A stretch of DNA of 32,000 nt, from positions 1 through 32,000 of the forward strand of contig CAZWBE010000002.1 in NCBI GenBank assembly GCA_964632205.1, read 5' to 3'. Positions 16,223 through 25,746 of this stretch are shown piece after piece. The notes under the pieces were generated by a model. The model was not told the DNA's origin, searched no databases, and saw nothing but the letters and a program-made list of their open reading frames with translations. Each line of letters starts with the position of its first letter. Within the stretch, counting starts at the first letter, position 1. A program made the position numbers and the translations under genes. Origin of the DNA: an uncultured Gammaproteobacteria bacterium. Lineage in GTDB: Bacteria; Patescibacteriota; Microgenomatia; UBA1406; GWC2-37-13.

Positions 16223-16344
16223 ATTTTTTATTTTATCACAGAAAGGGTTGTTTTCAATGAGAAAGTGGAAATTATTTATTGGCTTTTAGATTCAGTATTT
16301 GGAGTATCTGGTTAAAATAAGATATATTTTCTTCGTGAGTTTTA

Positions 16345-17022
16345 TTATTTTTCTATTGTTTTTTCAGTATCTTCTTCCGGTGCAGCTTCTTTAGATTGAA
16401 TTTCGGTAATAACCTCGGGAGCAACGCTTGTTGTCTCTGGTGTGGTGCTTTCTTCTTTATGGGCAATTACCGAAACAATTACTTTTTCAGGAGCAGTTTT
16501 TATATCGTAATTATTTGTTTTAGGAAGATCATTCACCTTAATCTCTTGACCGATGTCATTTAAAGATGAAATATCAATGTCAATTGTGGGGGGAATGTTT
16601 TGCGGAAGGGCTTCAATTAAAAGAGAGTTTAAATGAGTTAAAAGAATTGCTCCTAGTTCTTTTACTGCTTTTGAAACACCTACGACTTTGATAGGAACCT
16701 CAGTTTGTACTTTTTTATCTAAATCAATTTTTCTAAAGTCGACATGGAGTATATTATCAGTAAGAGGGTCTCTTTGGAGATTTTTGATAAGCACAGGAAT
16801 TAAATTTTCGTTTAATTTAAGATAAACAATACCGGTTTCTTTTGCTGTTTTATAGATTTTAATGAAATCCTTAAAGTTAACAGTTATCGCTTGAGATTTA
16901 AATTCTCGGCCGTAAATATTAGCCGGAATAAAGCCGTCGGCTCTTAATTTTTTTACTTTACGACCAAAGATCGTCCGAGTTTTAGCCTCCAAAATAAGTT
17001 TATTACCCTGTGGTTTTTCCAT
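16345..17022 (-). CDS. rplY: 50S ribosomal protein L25 (Ctc-type, long form)
   Basis: 225 aa. RTIFGRKVKKLRADGFIPANIYG matches the L25/Ctc N-terminus. Acidic C-terminal tail. Confidence 0.85.
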   Translation of the reverse strand: MEKPQGNKLILEAKTRTIFGRKVKKLRADGFIPANIYGREFKSQAITVNFKDFIKIYKTAKETGIVYLKLNENLIPVLIKNLQRDPLTDNILHVDFRKIDLDKKVQTEVPIKVVGVSKAVKELGAILLTHLNSLLIEALPQNIPPTIDIDISSLNDIGQEIKVNDLPKTNNYDIKTAPEKVIVSVIAHKEESTTPETTSVAPEVITEIQSKEAAPEEDTEKTIEK

Positions 17023-17035
17023 CTTTTATAAAATA

Positions 17036-19294
17036 TTACTCTTTAATTAGTTCAATAAAGAAAATTTTGTCTGTGTTAAGAACAGTATTATAAACAATGT
17101 TTCTTTCTTTGACAAGGGGAGAAAAGTTTTGGTTAAGTAAAAAAATATTTTTGGGAAGGTTAAATTCTAAAATTAAATCATTATTAGAGGAACCAATTTG
17201 TTTTTGAATAATTAACTGATAAATTTGTTTTCCTTTTTCCAACATTTGCGATAATTGATAGTCAATTTTTATTTCTACCGTCTTTTTTGGTGGCACTTCA
17301 AAGAAAAAACCAATATTTTTTAGTTGATTAATTTGTTCAGTATAATCCTCAATTATTACCCCATCTTTAGTGATACTTTTTAAAATAGTATTTTTTGGCA
17401 AAAGGACTTGAAAAAAATTTCGATACGTCCCGCCTGGGAAGAAATCTCCAGGAGAATCGTTTTTATAATTAACTATGAGTAAATGATTAATAGTACCTTT
17501 AGAGTCAAAATTGGTTTTAAAAATAAAAGAACGATTAATAAAAAAATTAACCTTATTAACGCCGAGATTAGCATCGTAGGCAAAAAAATAATCGGCAAAA
17601 CAATTTCCAAAAGAATTAGCGCACTTAGGTTCGATTAGGCGCCCCGACCAGTACCACATGTCAATAAAATTTTGTAATCGTTGGTTATCAAAGTAGATAA
17701 CAATTTGTTTTTCATCGAGGGATTTTTTAATTGCCATGGCGAGTTTGATAAAAGAAACATTTTCTAAATTAATGACAATCTGCCGCGTAAGAGCTGATAA
17801 GAAACTTTTTTTTTGAATGGAGCCAGGGAAAAACCCTTTTTCTGAGTATATCTGGGCTTTTAAATAAAAATTTTTACTGTTGATGTATTCACCAAAGTCC
17901 GGTAAATAAATATCCCCAAACGCCGACAGAACTTGTTCAATGCTAGTTGTCGTGATTAAAATTGCTCCCGCGAAATCTGACATTTGCAGCTCTTTTTCTA
18001 AAAAAAATTGCGCTTTGAGATAGTTTTCCAAAAAATCCGGTGAAAAGTTGGAATCACGAAGAAACCAATGAGGTAGATTAAGATATTTTTTGATTGGTTC
18101 AGGGGGCTCTATATGAATTTTTAACTGACCATCAGCATCATAAACATCATAAATTTTAATATCTTCTATAGAGTAGTCCTTAACGTCAATAACCCCAAAA
18201 GATCCTAAAAAACCACCACCTGGTCGAAGTTCTCTGTTGTTGGCAAAAAAAATTAAATATTTTAATTCTTTATCTTTAGCTAAAATAATATCTAGATGCT
18301 CAAAAATTTTTTTTATTTTAGAAACACCATCGGAAACCTCCAATAATTGAGATTTAATATTTTTTAAAGGCAAAAAATAAGAGGGAATTTTTTGATTAAT
18401 ACTTTTAAGATCTTCATCTAAATAAGTAATGCTTTTTTTTAATTTTTTTACATGAAGATTAAGAGATAATTTTTCCTTGGTATTTTTATTTTTTTTAAAA
18501 AGTAATTTTTGAATTTCCTTAGCGTGAGTGTTTATTTCATAAGGATAACTAAGAATATTTTGAGTTTTCTCAGCCATATCAATGAGGTTATCGGGAAAAA
18601 GAGCGAGTGAAAATAATGAATAAGTTGGTCTTGAGATAAGATAGAGTCTTTGAGTAGTTTTAAGTAGTATTTTGCTAGCGTTGATTGAAGAGTTAGTTTT
18701 TTTAAAGTCTTCTTGCTTGAGTAACAAAACACCTCGATAAATAAATATGAAAGAGCCAATTAAAGGGATAATAAAGGCCAGATGAATAAGGATAAAGAAA
18801 CTAATAAATAAGGTAATTAATCTTTTCGGAGTTAGAAGGAGATTTATTTTTTGCCAATATCTTTGAAAACCCTCTTTTTCTATTTTATAAACTTTTGGAA
18901 AAAAAAGTCTTAAGTATTTCTCTTTTGTTTGTGAAAAAGAGAACCAAAGGATTCTCTCGATATCATTTTCTTTAATAATATCACCAGTGATATTAATTAC
19001 TTTTATTTGATGAGGCAAGTTTTTTAAGAATTGATCCATTTGAGCTCCTTGATTAAAAAAAATTAATATAAGCCGTTTAACATTAATATTCATAAGGGTA
19101 TTAATATCTAACGTTTCATTGATAAATAAGCAATAATCGAATGATGCCAGCGATTTAGGGATTTTTGAGGAAAAAAAAACCTCTGCTTGATGTTTTTTTA
19201 ACTCTGATTTTAAAAGAGAAATAAAAGGAAAATTGGTTTTTGAAACGATGAGAATTTTTTGCTTTTCTTCGGTTATTTCCGTTGTTAGGTTCAT
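17036..19294 (-). CDS. Large membrane-anchored protein, DUF4012-like
   Basis: 752 aa. About 150-aa N-terminal cytoplasmic region, a TM segment (LITLFISFFILIHLAFIIPLIGSFIFIY), and NNRELRPGGGFLGSFG, which matches the DUF4012 E(L)RxxGGxxGS block as I recall it. Confidence 0.65.
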   Translation of the reverse strand: MNLTTEITEEKQKILIVSKTNFPFISLLKSELKKHQAEVFFSSKIPKSLASFDYCLFINETLDINTLMNINVKRLILIFFNQGAQMDQFLKNLPHQIKVINITGDIIKENDIERILWFSFSQTKEKYLRLFFPKVYKIEKEGFQRYWQKINLLLTPKRLITLFISFFILIHLAFIIPLIGSFIFIYRGVLLLKQEDFKKTNSSINASKILLKTTQRLYLISRPTYSLFSLALFPDNLIDMAEKTQNILSYPYEINTHAKEIQKLLFKKNKNTKEKLSLNLHVKKLKKSITYLDEDLKSINQKIPSYFLPLKNIKSQLLEVSDGVSKIKKIFEHLDIILAKDKELKYLIFFANNRELRPGGGFLGSFGVIDVKDYSIEDIKIYDVYDADGQLKIHIEPPEPIKKYLNLPHWFLRDSNFSPDFLENYLKAQFFLEKELQMSDFAGAILITTTSIEQVLSAFGDIYLPDFGEYINSKNFYLKAQIYSEKGFFPGSIQKKSFLSALTRQIVINLENVSFIKLAMAIKKSLDEKQIVIYFDNQRLQNFIDMWYWSGRLIEPKCANSFGNCFADYFFAYDANLGVNKVNFFINRSFIFKTNFDSKGTINHLLIVNYKNDSPGDFFPGGTYRNFFQVLLPKNTILKSITKDGVIIEDYTEQINQLKNIGFFFEVPPKKTVEIKIDYQLSQMLEKGKQIYQLIIQKQIGSSNNDLILEFNLPKNIFLLNQNFSPLVKERNIVYNTVLNTDKIFFIELIKE

Positions 19295-19300
19295 GTTTCT

Positions 19301-19306
19301 ATTGTA
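19301..19306 (-). promoter_or_regulatory. -10 box TACAAT (minus strand) 6 nt upstream of the ATG at 19294
   Basis: Minus strand reads TACAAT-AGAAAC-ATG. A possible -35 (TTAGCA) lies with an 18-nt spacer. Confidence 0.4.
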
Positions 19307-19437
19307 TAATTTCTTATTCTTTAATGCTAATTTTAAATCGTTGTGGTTTTAAATTTATTGAGAATGAACTTAAGTTGGTAAAAGCCCTTAATAAATAAAA
19401 AAGAAGCTAATGGTTTTAATTTAAAATTTACTAAAAA

Positions 19438-19911
19438 ATGGCGAAAATTGTTTCCTTTAATCAATTAAAAAAAAAGAAAAGCAAATTAATTATTAAAGGA
19501 AAGAAACCCGTGCTCGTGGGTGGATGTTTTGATTTAATCCATTATGGACATATCAAGTTTTTGAAAAAAGCAAAGGCTATTGGTGATTTTCTCATCGTTG
19601 CTTTGGAGTCTGATAAATTCATTAAAAAAGATAAAAAAAGAGATCCTATCCACAAGCAAAAAGAGCGGGCAGAAATTTTGGCTTCATTAGATATGATTGA
19701 CTTAGTAGTCACTCTTCCATTTTTTTCTAGCGATCAACAATATTTTAATATGATCAAGACAATTAATCCAAAAATTATTGCCGTTACCCAAGGTGACCCA
19801 AAAATTAGGCAAAAAAAGAAACAAGCTAGAAAAGTTGGGGCAATAGTGAGGGTTGTTACTCCTTTATTAAATAAGTTTTCAACAAGAAAAATTATTATGA
19901 AATTTACTTAA
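19438..19911 (+). CDS. Cytidylyltransferase-family (HxGH) nucleotidyltransferase
   Basis: 157 aa. GGCFDLIHYGHIKFLKKAK matches the GxFDxxHxGH signature shared by TagD, RfaE-II and RibL-type enzymes. The substrate cannot be inferred. Confidence 0.7.
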   Translation: MAKIVSFNQLKKKKSKLIIKGKKPVLVGGCFDLIHYGHIKFLKKAKAIGDFLIVALESDKFIKKDKKRDPIHKQKERAEILASLDMIDLVVTLPFFSSDQQYFNMIKTINPKIIAVTQGDPKIRQKKKQARKVGAIVRVVTPLLNKFSTRKIIMKFT

Positions 19912-19914
19912 ATT

Positions 19915-20451
19915 ATGAGATTGTTTGTGGCAATTGATTTGCCTTTATCAGTTAAAAAAAAGGTAGAAAAAGAGTTAGTGAAGATTAAACAACTGTACCC
20001 TGATTTTAGGTGGGTGCCGCGGGAAAATTTTCACATCACTCTTCAATTTTACGGAGAAAGGAAGGATGAGGAGAAAATAAAAGAACAACTAGAAAGAAGT
20101 CTTTTTGATCAGCAATCTTTTTATCTCTATTCTACCTATGTTGGTCTCTTTATTAATAAAAAAATTGTTATTTACCTTGGTTTTAGGCGAGAGAAAAAAT
20201 TAGAACAATTAGTTGATAAAGTAAAAGCTGCTGTAACTACTAATTCTTATGGAGAAAAAAAATTCATTCCTCATTTAACTTTAGCCCGTTGTCGTATTCC
20301 CTCCAAACAACAATATTTTGCTTTAAAGAAAAGACTAAGTAAGCTAAAAATTAATATCTCTTTTCCGGTTAAAAAAGTGACTCTTTTTGAAAGTATTCTA
20401 GAAGGGAAGGCGGCAACATATAAAAAGAAGGGGGAGATATTTCTTATATAA
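19915..20451 (+). CDS. thpR: RNA 2',3'-cyclic phosphodiesterase (2H phosphoesterase, ThpR/LigT)
   Basis: 178 aa. Two HxT/S motifs (HITLQF and HLTLAR) with typical spacing, and MRLFVAIDLP at the N-terminus. Confidence 0.8.
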   Translation: MRLFVAIDLPLSVKKKVEKELVKIKQLYPDFRWVPRENFHITLQFYGERKDEEKIKEQLERSLFDQQSFYLYSTYVGLFINKKIVIYLGFRREKKLEQLVDKVKAAVTTNSYGEKKFIPHLTLARCRIPSKQQYFALKKRLSKLKINISFPVKKVTLFESILEGKAATYKKKGEIFLI

Positions 20452-20460
20452 AATTTTATA

Positions 20461-20500
20461 AAAAACCACCTCTGAGATTAAATCTCAGGAGTGGTTTTTT
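20461..20500. terminator. Bidirectional intrinsic terminator between convergent genes
   Basis: AAAAACCACCTCTGAGAT-TAA-ATCTCAGGAGTGGTTTTTT forms a 9 bp + 7 bp stem with a 2-nt internal mismatch. It is flanked by an A-run and a T-run, so it can terminate both strands. Confidence 0.7.
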
Positions 20501-20517
20501 AATATTAAAAAATTCTT

Positions 20518-20661
20518 TTATGCGGTGCCTATTTTATACATTCCTGTACCGCAATCAGGACATTTGGCTTTCATGGCTGGTTTACCATTTTTCATGGTTA
20601 CTTTTTGAGGATTGGTTACTTCTTTTTTTCCTCGACATTTAACACAGTACATTGATGCCAT
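20518..20661 (-). CDS. 47-aa zinc-ribbon protein (DUF5679-like), absent from the supplied ORF track
   Basis: Manual translation gives MASMYCVKCRGKKEVTNPQKVTMKNGKPAMKAKCPDCGTGMYKIGTA. Two CxxC pairs, and a strong SD (AAGGGGGTGA) 5-6 nt upstream of the ATG. Confidence 0.75.
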   Translation of the reverse strand: MASMYCVKCRGKKEVTNPQKVTMKNGKPAMKAKCPDCGTGMYKIGTA

Positions 20662-20680
20662 AATATCACCCCCTTTCAAT

Positions 20681-20971
20681 TTATTTTATAATCCTAACAA
20701 AATAAAGCAAAATTTCAAGCGCAATTATTACCCCTATCAGAATGAAACTTTTTCGCAGATCGGTTAAAAAAAAAGAGACTGTTTCTGTATCGCTATCTTT
20801 ATTTTTCTTTTCAAAAGTTATGTTTAACTCGGTTTTATTGGTAGCTTTTTTTGAACTTTGGGTTGATATTACCTCTTTTTTAAATGATGGTGGGGTCTGT
20901 AATCTTTCCAGAAGTTTTAACTTTCTTCGATATTGAGCAATTATTTTTTCTTTTTTTGTTTTTTTTGGCAT
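20681..20971 (-). CDS. Small tail-anchored membrane protein (hypothetical)
   Basis: 96 aa. Basic N-terminus (MPKKTKKEK...) and a single C-terminal TM segment (FILIGVIIALEILLYFV). Confidence 0.5.
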   Translation of the reverse strand: MPKKTKKEKIIAQYRRKLKLLERLQTPPSFKKEVISTQSSKKATNKTELNITFEKKNKDSDTETVSFFLTDLRKSFILIGVIIALEILLYFVRIIK

Positions 20972-21072
20972 AAAATAGTAAAAAAAAGCAAGATCTTCAA
21001 AATATTATACTAAAAACATTAAAAGCATTAGTTCTCAAATTTTATTTGTTCATTTTTAAATATTAAAACATA

Positions 21073-21101
21073 TTGACACTTATTTGTAAAGAAGTTACAA
21101 T
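21073..21101 (+). promoter_or_regulatory. Near-consensus promoter TTGACA-N17-TACAAT immediately upstream of 21111
   Basis: -35 at 21073-21078, an exact 17-nt spacer, and -10 at 21096-21101. Only 9 nt separate the -10 box from the ATG. Confidence 0.6.
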
Positions 21102-21110
21102 GGTATCCAA

Positions 21111-21569
21111 ATGGTTATCATAGTTGCCGTTGTTTTTTTTATTTGGTTGCTTACTTTGACTTTTATCATTTTTAAATTAAGAAGTCATTACTATAATTTA
21201 GTTTCTCGTACCAGAAAAAGAAACATTGATGATATCCTTGATCACTTATTAAATACAAATGATAATTTTAAAAAAGAAATAAGTCTAATTAAAAAAGAGC
21301 TAGATGAGGAGATAAATAAGTCTAAATTCCATTTACAAAAGATTGGTTTAGTTCGTTTTAATCCTTTTGAAAGAATAGGGGGAGAGCAGAGTTTTGTTTT
21401 AGCTTTTCTTGATGCTGAAAATAATGGGTTAATCATTAATTTTATTTATACCCGAGACGGATTACGAGTTTACACAAAAAAGGTTAAAAAAGGAAAAGGA
21501 GAAAAGCATGAGTTATCTGAAGAAGAGCAGGAAGCTATAAAAAACAGTTTTTCGACGGATAAAAAATAA
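21111..21569 (+). CDS. DUF4446-like membrane-anchored protein
   Basis: 152 aa. N-terminal TM segment, a coiled region, and VRFNPFERIGGEQSFVLAFLDAENNGLIINFIYTRDGLRVYTKKV, which matches the DUF4446 core as I recall it. Confidence 0.6.
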   Translation: MVIIVAVVFFIWLLTLTFIIFKLRSHYYNLVSRTRKRNIDDILDHLLNTNDNFKKEISLIKKELDEEINKSKFHLQKIGLVRFNPFERIGGEQSFVLAFLDAENNGLIINFIYTRDGLRVYTKKVKKGKGEKHELSEEEQEAIKNSFSTDKK

Positions 21570-21656
21570 GATGATAAGAGATTATAAAATCTATAAATTT
21601 TATATTTAAATTTTATATTTTATACTCGTTAAAACCCGAAATTAAAGTTAATTTTT

Positions 21657-22829
21657 ATGATCAATAAAAAAGCCGGTTTTTTTATTAGTTTTATAATTTT
21701 TCTTTTATCAGCTTATACCTCTTATTCTTTTTTTTCTCAGGGGCCTGAGAAATTTATTTCCCCTTTAGTTACAGAATATAAAGTGCCAAAAGGCAACGGA
21801 AATAATTTTAACGGAAGTGAGATTACCAATGAACCAAAAACAGAAGAATGTCCTTTAAATGGCGAAATGTTGACTAAAACTCAAAAATCTAAATGGGAAA
21901 AGAGAAGACCTTTGGGGGTGATGATAGAAAACCACGTAGATGCTAGGCCACAATCGGGATTATCATCAGCCGATGTCGTTTATGAGGTTGTGGCAGAAGG
22001 AGGGATTACGAGGTTTTTAGCAATCTATTATTGTAAAGATGCTCCTTATATCGGCCCAATTCGTTCGGCGCGAATTTATTTTATTAAAATTCTTGAAGGG
22101 TATGGAAGCTATCCGCTTTATGCCCATGTTGGTGGAGCGAATACACCTGGACCAGCTGATGCTTTAGGTTACATCAAAAAAATTGGTTGGTCTCTTTACA
22201 ATGATTTAAATCAATTTTCCGTCCCCTATCCTTATTTTTGGCGAGATTATGAACGGTTACCAGGAAGAGCAACAGAACATACAGTTTATTCATCAACAAT
22301 AAAGCTATGGCAGTTTGCTAAGGATAAAAGGGGCTTAACTAATATTGACGATAAAGGAAGATCATGGGATGAGACATTTACTCCCTGGAAATTTAAAGAT
22401 GATGCGTCATTAAAAGAAAGAGGAACAATAGAAAAAATAGATTTTGGGTTCTGGACACAATCGGCTTCTCAATATTCGGTCGTATGGGATTATGTAAGAA
22501 GCAGGAACACATATTTAAGAACCAATGGAGGCGAACCACATCTTGATAAAAATACGGGTAAACAACTTGAGGCCAAAAATGTTGTTATCGTCTTTGCTCA
22601 TGAATCACTTGCTAATGACGGTTATGAAGGAGGGCATCTTCTTTATAAATTGTTGGGAAATGGCGATGCTTTAATATTTCAGGATGGCAATGCAATTACT
22701 GCTTTTTGGGAAAGGAAAAATGAAAAAGATTTAATGAGGTTTCTTAATAAGGAGAGGAAGGAGATATTAATGGTAAGAGGTCAGATATTTATTGAAATTT
22801 TACCGGTAGGCAATAAAGTAATTTACTAA
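21657..22829 (+). CDS. DUF3048 (YerB-like) secreted or membrane-anchored protein
   Basis: 390 aa. N-terminal anchor, and RPLGVMIENHVDARPQSGLSSADVVYEVVAEGGITRFLAIY, which matches the DUF3048 N-terminal block. Confidence 0.7.
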   Translation: MINKKAGFFISFIIFLLSAYTSYSFFSQGPEKFISPLVTEYKVPKGNGNNFNGSEITNEPKTEECPLNGEMLTKTQKSKWEKRRPLGVMIENHVDARPQSGLSSADVVYEVVAEGGITRFLAIYYCKDAPYIGPIRSARIYFIKILEGYGSYPLYAHVGGANTPGPADALGYIKKIGWSLYNDLNQFSVPYPYFWRDYERLPGRATEHTVYSSTIKLWQFAKDKRGLTNIDDKGRSWDETFTPWKFKDDASLKERGTIEKIDFGFWTQSASQYSVVWDYVRSRNTYLRTNGGEPHLDKNTGKQLEAKNVVIVFAHESLANDGYEGGHLLYKLLGNGDALIFQDGNAITAFWERKNEKDLMRFLNKERKEILMVRGQIFIEILPVGNKVIY

Positions 22830-22838
22830 ACTAATTTT

Positions 22839-23414
22839 ATGTTAAAAAATATTATCCCCTCAAAAACAAGACGTAAAATTTTAGAATTTTTTTTCCATCA
22901 TCCCAATGAAAATTATTATCTGAGAAGCATTGTTCGAGAAGTAGACGAAGAAGTGAATGCCGTCAAGCGAGAGCTTGATAATTTGTCAGAAGAAAAATTA
23001 CTCCTAAAAGAAAGACGGCTTAATAAAGTTTATTACAGTCTTAATAAAAATTATCTTTTTTATGATGAATTTTTACGAATTTTTACAAAAACCGGATTTT
23101 TACCTACCCAGATTTATAAAAATCTTCCAAAAATTGGTAAGGTAAAATTTATTGTTTTGTCAACTAAGTTTGCTAAAAATCTTGCCATTAAAGATGATGA
23201 AATATATATCCTTTTTGTTGGGGTGATTGTTATTCCCGAAGTTGAGGTAATTATTTCTCAAGCGGAAAAAAACTTTGGCCGGCCGATAAATTATACCGTC
23301 ATGACCGAAGAGGAATTTATTTTTCGTAAAAAAAACAATGACCCCTTCATTTGGCGATTTTTAAAACAGCCAAAAATAATGTTGGTTGGGATAGAAGAAG
23401 AATTGTTAAAATAA
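22839..23414 (+). CDS. Winged-helix (ArsR-like) DNA-binding protein with an uncharacterized C-terminal domain
   Basis: 191 aa. KTRRKILEFFFHHPNENYYLRSIVREVDEEVNAVKRELDNLSEEKLL is typical of a wHTH domain. Confidence 0.55.
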   Translation: MLKNIIPSKTRRKILEFFFHHPNENYYLRSIVREVDEEVNAVKRELDNLSEEKLLLKERRLNKVYYSLNKNYLFYDEFLRIFTKTGFLPTQIYKNLPKIGKVKFIVLSTKFAKNLAIKDDEIYILFVGVIVIPEVEVIISQAEKNFGRPINYTVMTEEEFIFRKKNNDPFIWRFLKQPKIMLVGIEEELLK

Positions 23415-23446
23415 TTACTCAGTAGTAAATAAGCTAATCATCATCG

Positions 23447-24778
23447 ATGAAATTGTTAAAAATTTCTATCCTGTTTTCGCTATTAATACTACTAGTCTGG
23501 ATTGATTTACCAGAGAATTTTCGCATATTTAATTACACAATAAATCCACCAACGATTTCGGTAAATGTTTTTGGCTTCAATCTAAAAAAAGAATTTAAAA
23601 CTCATTTAGGTTTAGATCTTAAAGGTGGGAGTCGCTTAATTTTTGAAGCCGATACAACCAAAATTTCCCCGTCCGATTTAGATGATGCCTTAGATTCAAC
23701 AAGAGATATAATTGAGAAGAGAGTTAACTACTTTGGTGTTTCTGAACCAATGATCCAGACATTAAAGTCAGGAGGCAAATATCGAATAAGCGTTGATCTT
23801 CCCGGGGTGACTGACATTTCTCAAGCAATTAATCTTATTGGTAGAACCGCTCAGTTATCATTTAAAGAAGAAGCAACAGTTGAGGCAAAGATCGCTACGA
23901 CAACACCAATTTTTACTAGATTAACCAAAGACACCGGATTTACTGGGAAACATATAAAAAAAGCCCAATTAAGTTTTGATCCCCAGAATGGTAAGCCCCA
24001 AGTGTCTTTAATTTTTAATAAAGAAGGAGTTAAATTATTTGCTGATATTACCACTCGTAACGTTGGCAAACCAGTGGCGATTTTTATTGATGATTTTCTT
24101 ATCTCAGCGCCAGTAGTTCAACAACCAATTGTTGATGGTAACGCAGTAATAACCGGTAATTTTACCGTTCAGGAGGCAAAAAAATTAGCCATTGCGATTA
24201 ATTCTGGCGCTTTACCATTATCGATTAAATTAATTGAACAAAGAAACATCGGCCCAACTTTAGGAGCGACTGAAGTGAAAAAAAGTGTGTATGCGGGAGT
24301 AGTTGGGCTTTTAATGGTTTTATTTTTTATGATCGCCTACTATGGCAAGTTAGGCATTATTGCCGCTATTGCTCTTATTATTTACGGTCTGATTTCCTTG
24401 GCCATTTTTCGTTTAATACCCGTTGTCTTGACGTTACCGGGAGTAGCTGGATTTATTCTTTCTATCGGGATGGCGGTTGATGCCAATATCTTGATTTTTG
24501 AAAGAATAAAAGAAGAATTAAGAGCGGGCAAAGATTATGATGTGGCAATAAGACTTGGTTTTGGTCGAGCCATTGATGCTATTAAAGATGCTAATTTGAC
24601 AACCCTTTTAGTAGCCTTTATTCTTTTTAATCCTCTTAATTGGGAGTTTTTGCCACAGTTTGGATTAGTTAGAGGGTTTGCTTTGACATTGGCGATTGGG
24701 GTAGCGACGAGTTTATTTACAGGAGTGGTGATAACAAAAAGATTAATTGGTTTATTTTATAAACAAGTTAAAAGTTAA
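23447..24778 (+). CDS. secD: Protein translocase subunit SecD
   Basis: 443 aa. LGLDLKGGS block, a periplasmic domain, and a C-terminal 5-TM bundle with GMAVDANILIFERIKEE. Confidence 0.9.
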   Translation: MKLLKISILFSLLILLVWIDLPENFRIFNYTINPPTISVNVFGFNLKKEFKTHLGLDLKGGSRLIFEADTTKISPSDLDDALDSTRDIIEKRVNYFGVSEPMIQTLKSGGKYRISVDLPGVTDISQAINLIGRTAQLSFKEEATVEAKIATTTPIFTRLTKDTGFTGKHIKKAQLSFDPQNGKPQVSLIFNKEGVKLFADITTRNVGKPVAIFIDDFLISAPVVQQPIVDGNAVITGNFTVQEAKKLAIAINSGALPLSIKLIEQRNIGPTLGATEVKKSVYAGVVGLLMVLFFMIAYYGKLGIIAAIALIIYGLISLAIFRLIPVVLTLPGVAGFILSIGMAVDANILIFERIKEELRAGKDYDVAIRLGFGRAIDAIKDANLTTLLVAFILFNPLNWEFLPQFGLVRGFALTLAIGVATSLFTGVVITKRLIGLFYKQVKS

Positions 24779-24853
24779 AAGGCAAAAATTAAAAGTTTTA
24801 ATTTGGCATCCTTACATTGTCTAAATTTTTAACTTTTAATTTTTAATTTAATT

Positions 24854-25720
24854 ATGCTTAACTTTCTTAAGCATCGTTTAATCTGTTTTCTAATTTCTTT
24901 GATAATTATCAGTGTTGGTCTATTTTCTATCATCAAATGGGGCTATCGGTTTTCTATTGATTTTGTTGGGGGGACAAACTTAGAATATTTGATTGATAAA
25001 AAAATACAGCCAGAGCTGTTCAAAAATTTTTTTGAACAAAATAAAGTTAATGTCTTTAATATAAACCAAAAAGGAAAAATTGTTCAAATAAGAACATCAC
25101 CAATCGATGAAAAAAAAGAGTTAAAACTAAGAAAAAGTTTAGAAAAAAAATTTAAGGCAAAATTTGATTTAATGAAATTTGAAACCGTAGGACCAGTTTT
25201 GGGTCGTGAGACAATGGTAAGAACAGTCATTGCTTCATTTTTGGCAATTTTTGGGATTTTAATTTATATGAGTTTCGCTTTTAAAAGTTTTAATTTTGCC
25301 TTAGCGGCTATTTTAGCGATGTTACATGATTTTTTAGTCGTTGTTGGTAGTTATTCATTAATTTCCCATTTTTTCGGTGCCGAGCTTGACACTTTATTTG
25401 TCACTGCTTTGTTAACTACCATGTCATTCTCAGTCCACGATACGATCGTCATCTTTGATAAGATAAGAGAATATTATCAATCAGAAGAGAAAATTGATAT
25501 AGAATTTGCCGCTAATAAAGCCTTAACGGAAACGATGGTAAGATCGCTTAATAACTCCATGACGATTATTTTTATGCTTTTGGCTTTAATCTTGTTAGGA
25601 GGGTCAACCATCCGCTTTTTTGTCATTACCCTTTTGATTGGTACGGTTACCGGTACTTATTCCTCTCCGTTTGTTGCCACACCAATACTTGTCGCTCTTG
25701 AAAAAAAGAAGAAACAATAA
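24854..25720 (+). CDS. secF: Protein translocase subunit SecF
   Basis: 288 aa. IDFVGGT block, HDxxxxxG (LHDFLVVVG), and SVHDTIVIFDKIRE. Confidence 0.9.
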   Translation: MLNFLKHRLICFLISLIIISVGLFSIIKWGYRFSIDFVGGTNLEYLIDKKIQPELFKNFFEQNKVNVFNINQKGKIVQIRTSPIDEKKELKLRKSLEKKFKAKFDLMKFETVGPVLGRETMVRTVIASFLAIFGILIYMSFAFKSFNFALAAILAMLHDFLVVVGSYSLISHFFGAELDTLFVTALLTTMSFSVHDTIVIFDKIREYYQSEEKIDIEFAANKALTETMVRSLNNSMTIIFMLLALILLGGSTIRFFVITLLIGTVTGTYSSPFVATPILVALEKKKKQ

Positions 25721-25746
25721 GCAAAAAGTCTAAAAATTTATTTAAT

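Noticed and set aside
24784-24844. Perfect 14-nt inverted repeat AAAAATTAAAAGTT ... AACTTTTAATTTTT (33-nt loop) between secD and secF
   Set aside because: The stem is almost pure A/T with a large loop, so the hairpin would be weak. secD-secF are normally co-transcribed. It is most likely a compositional coincidence.
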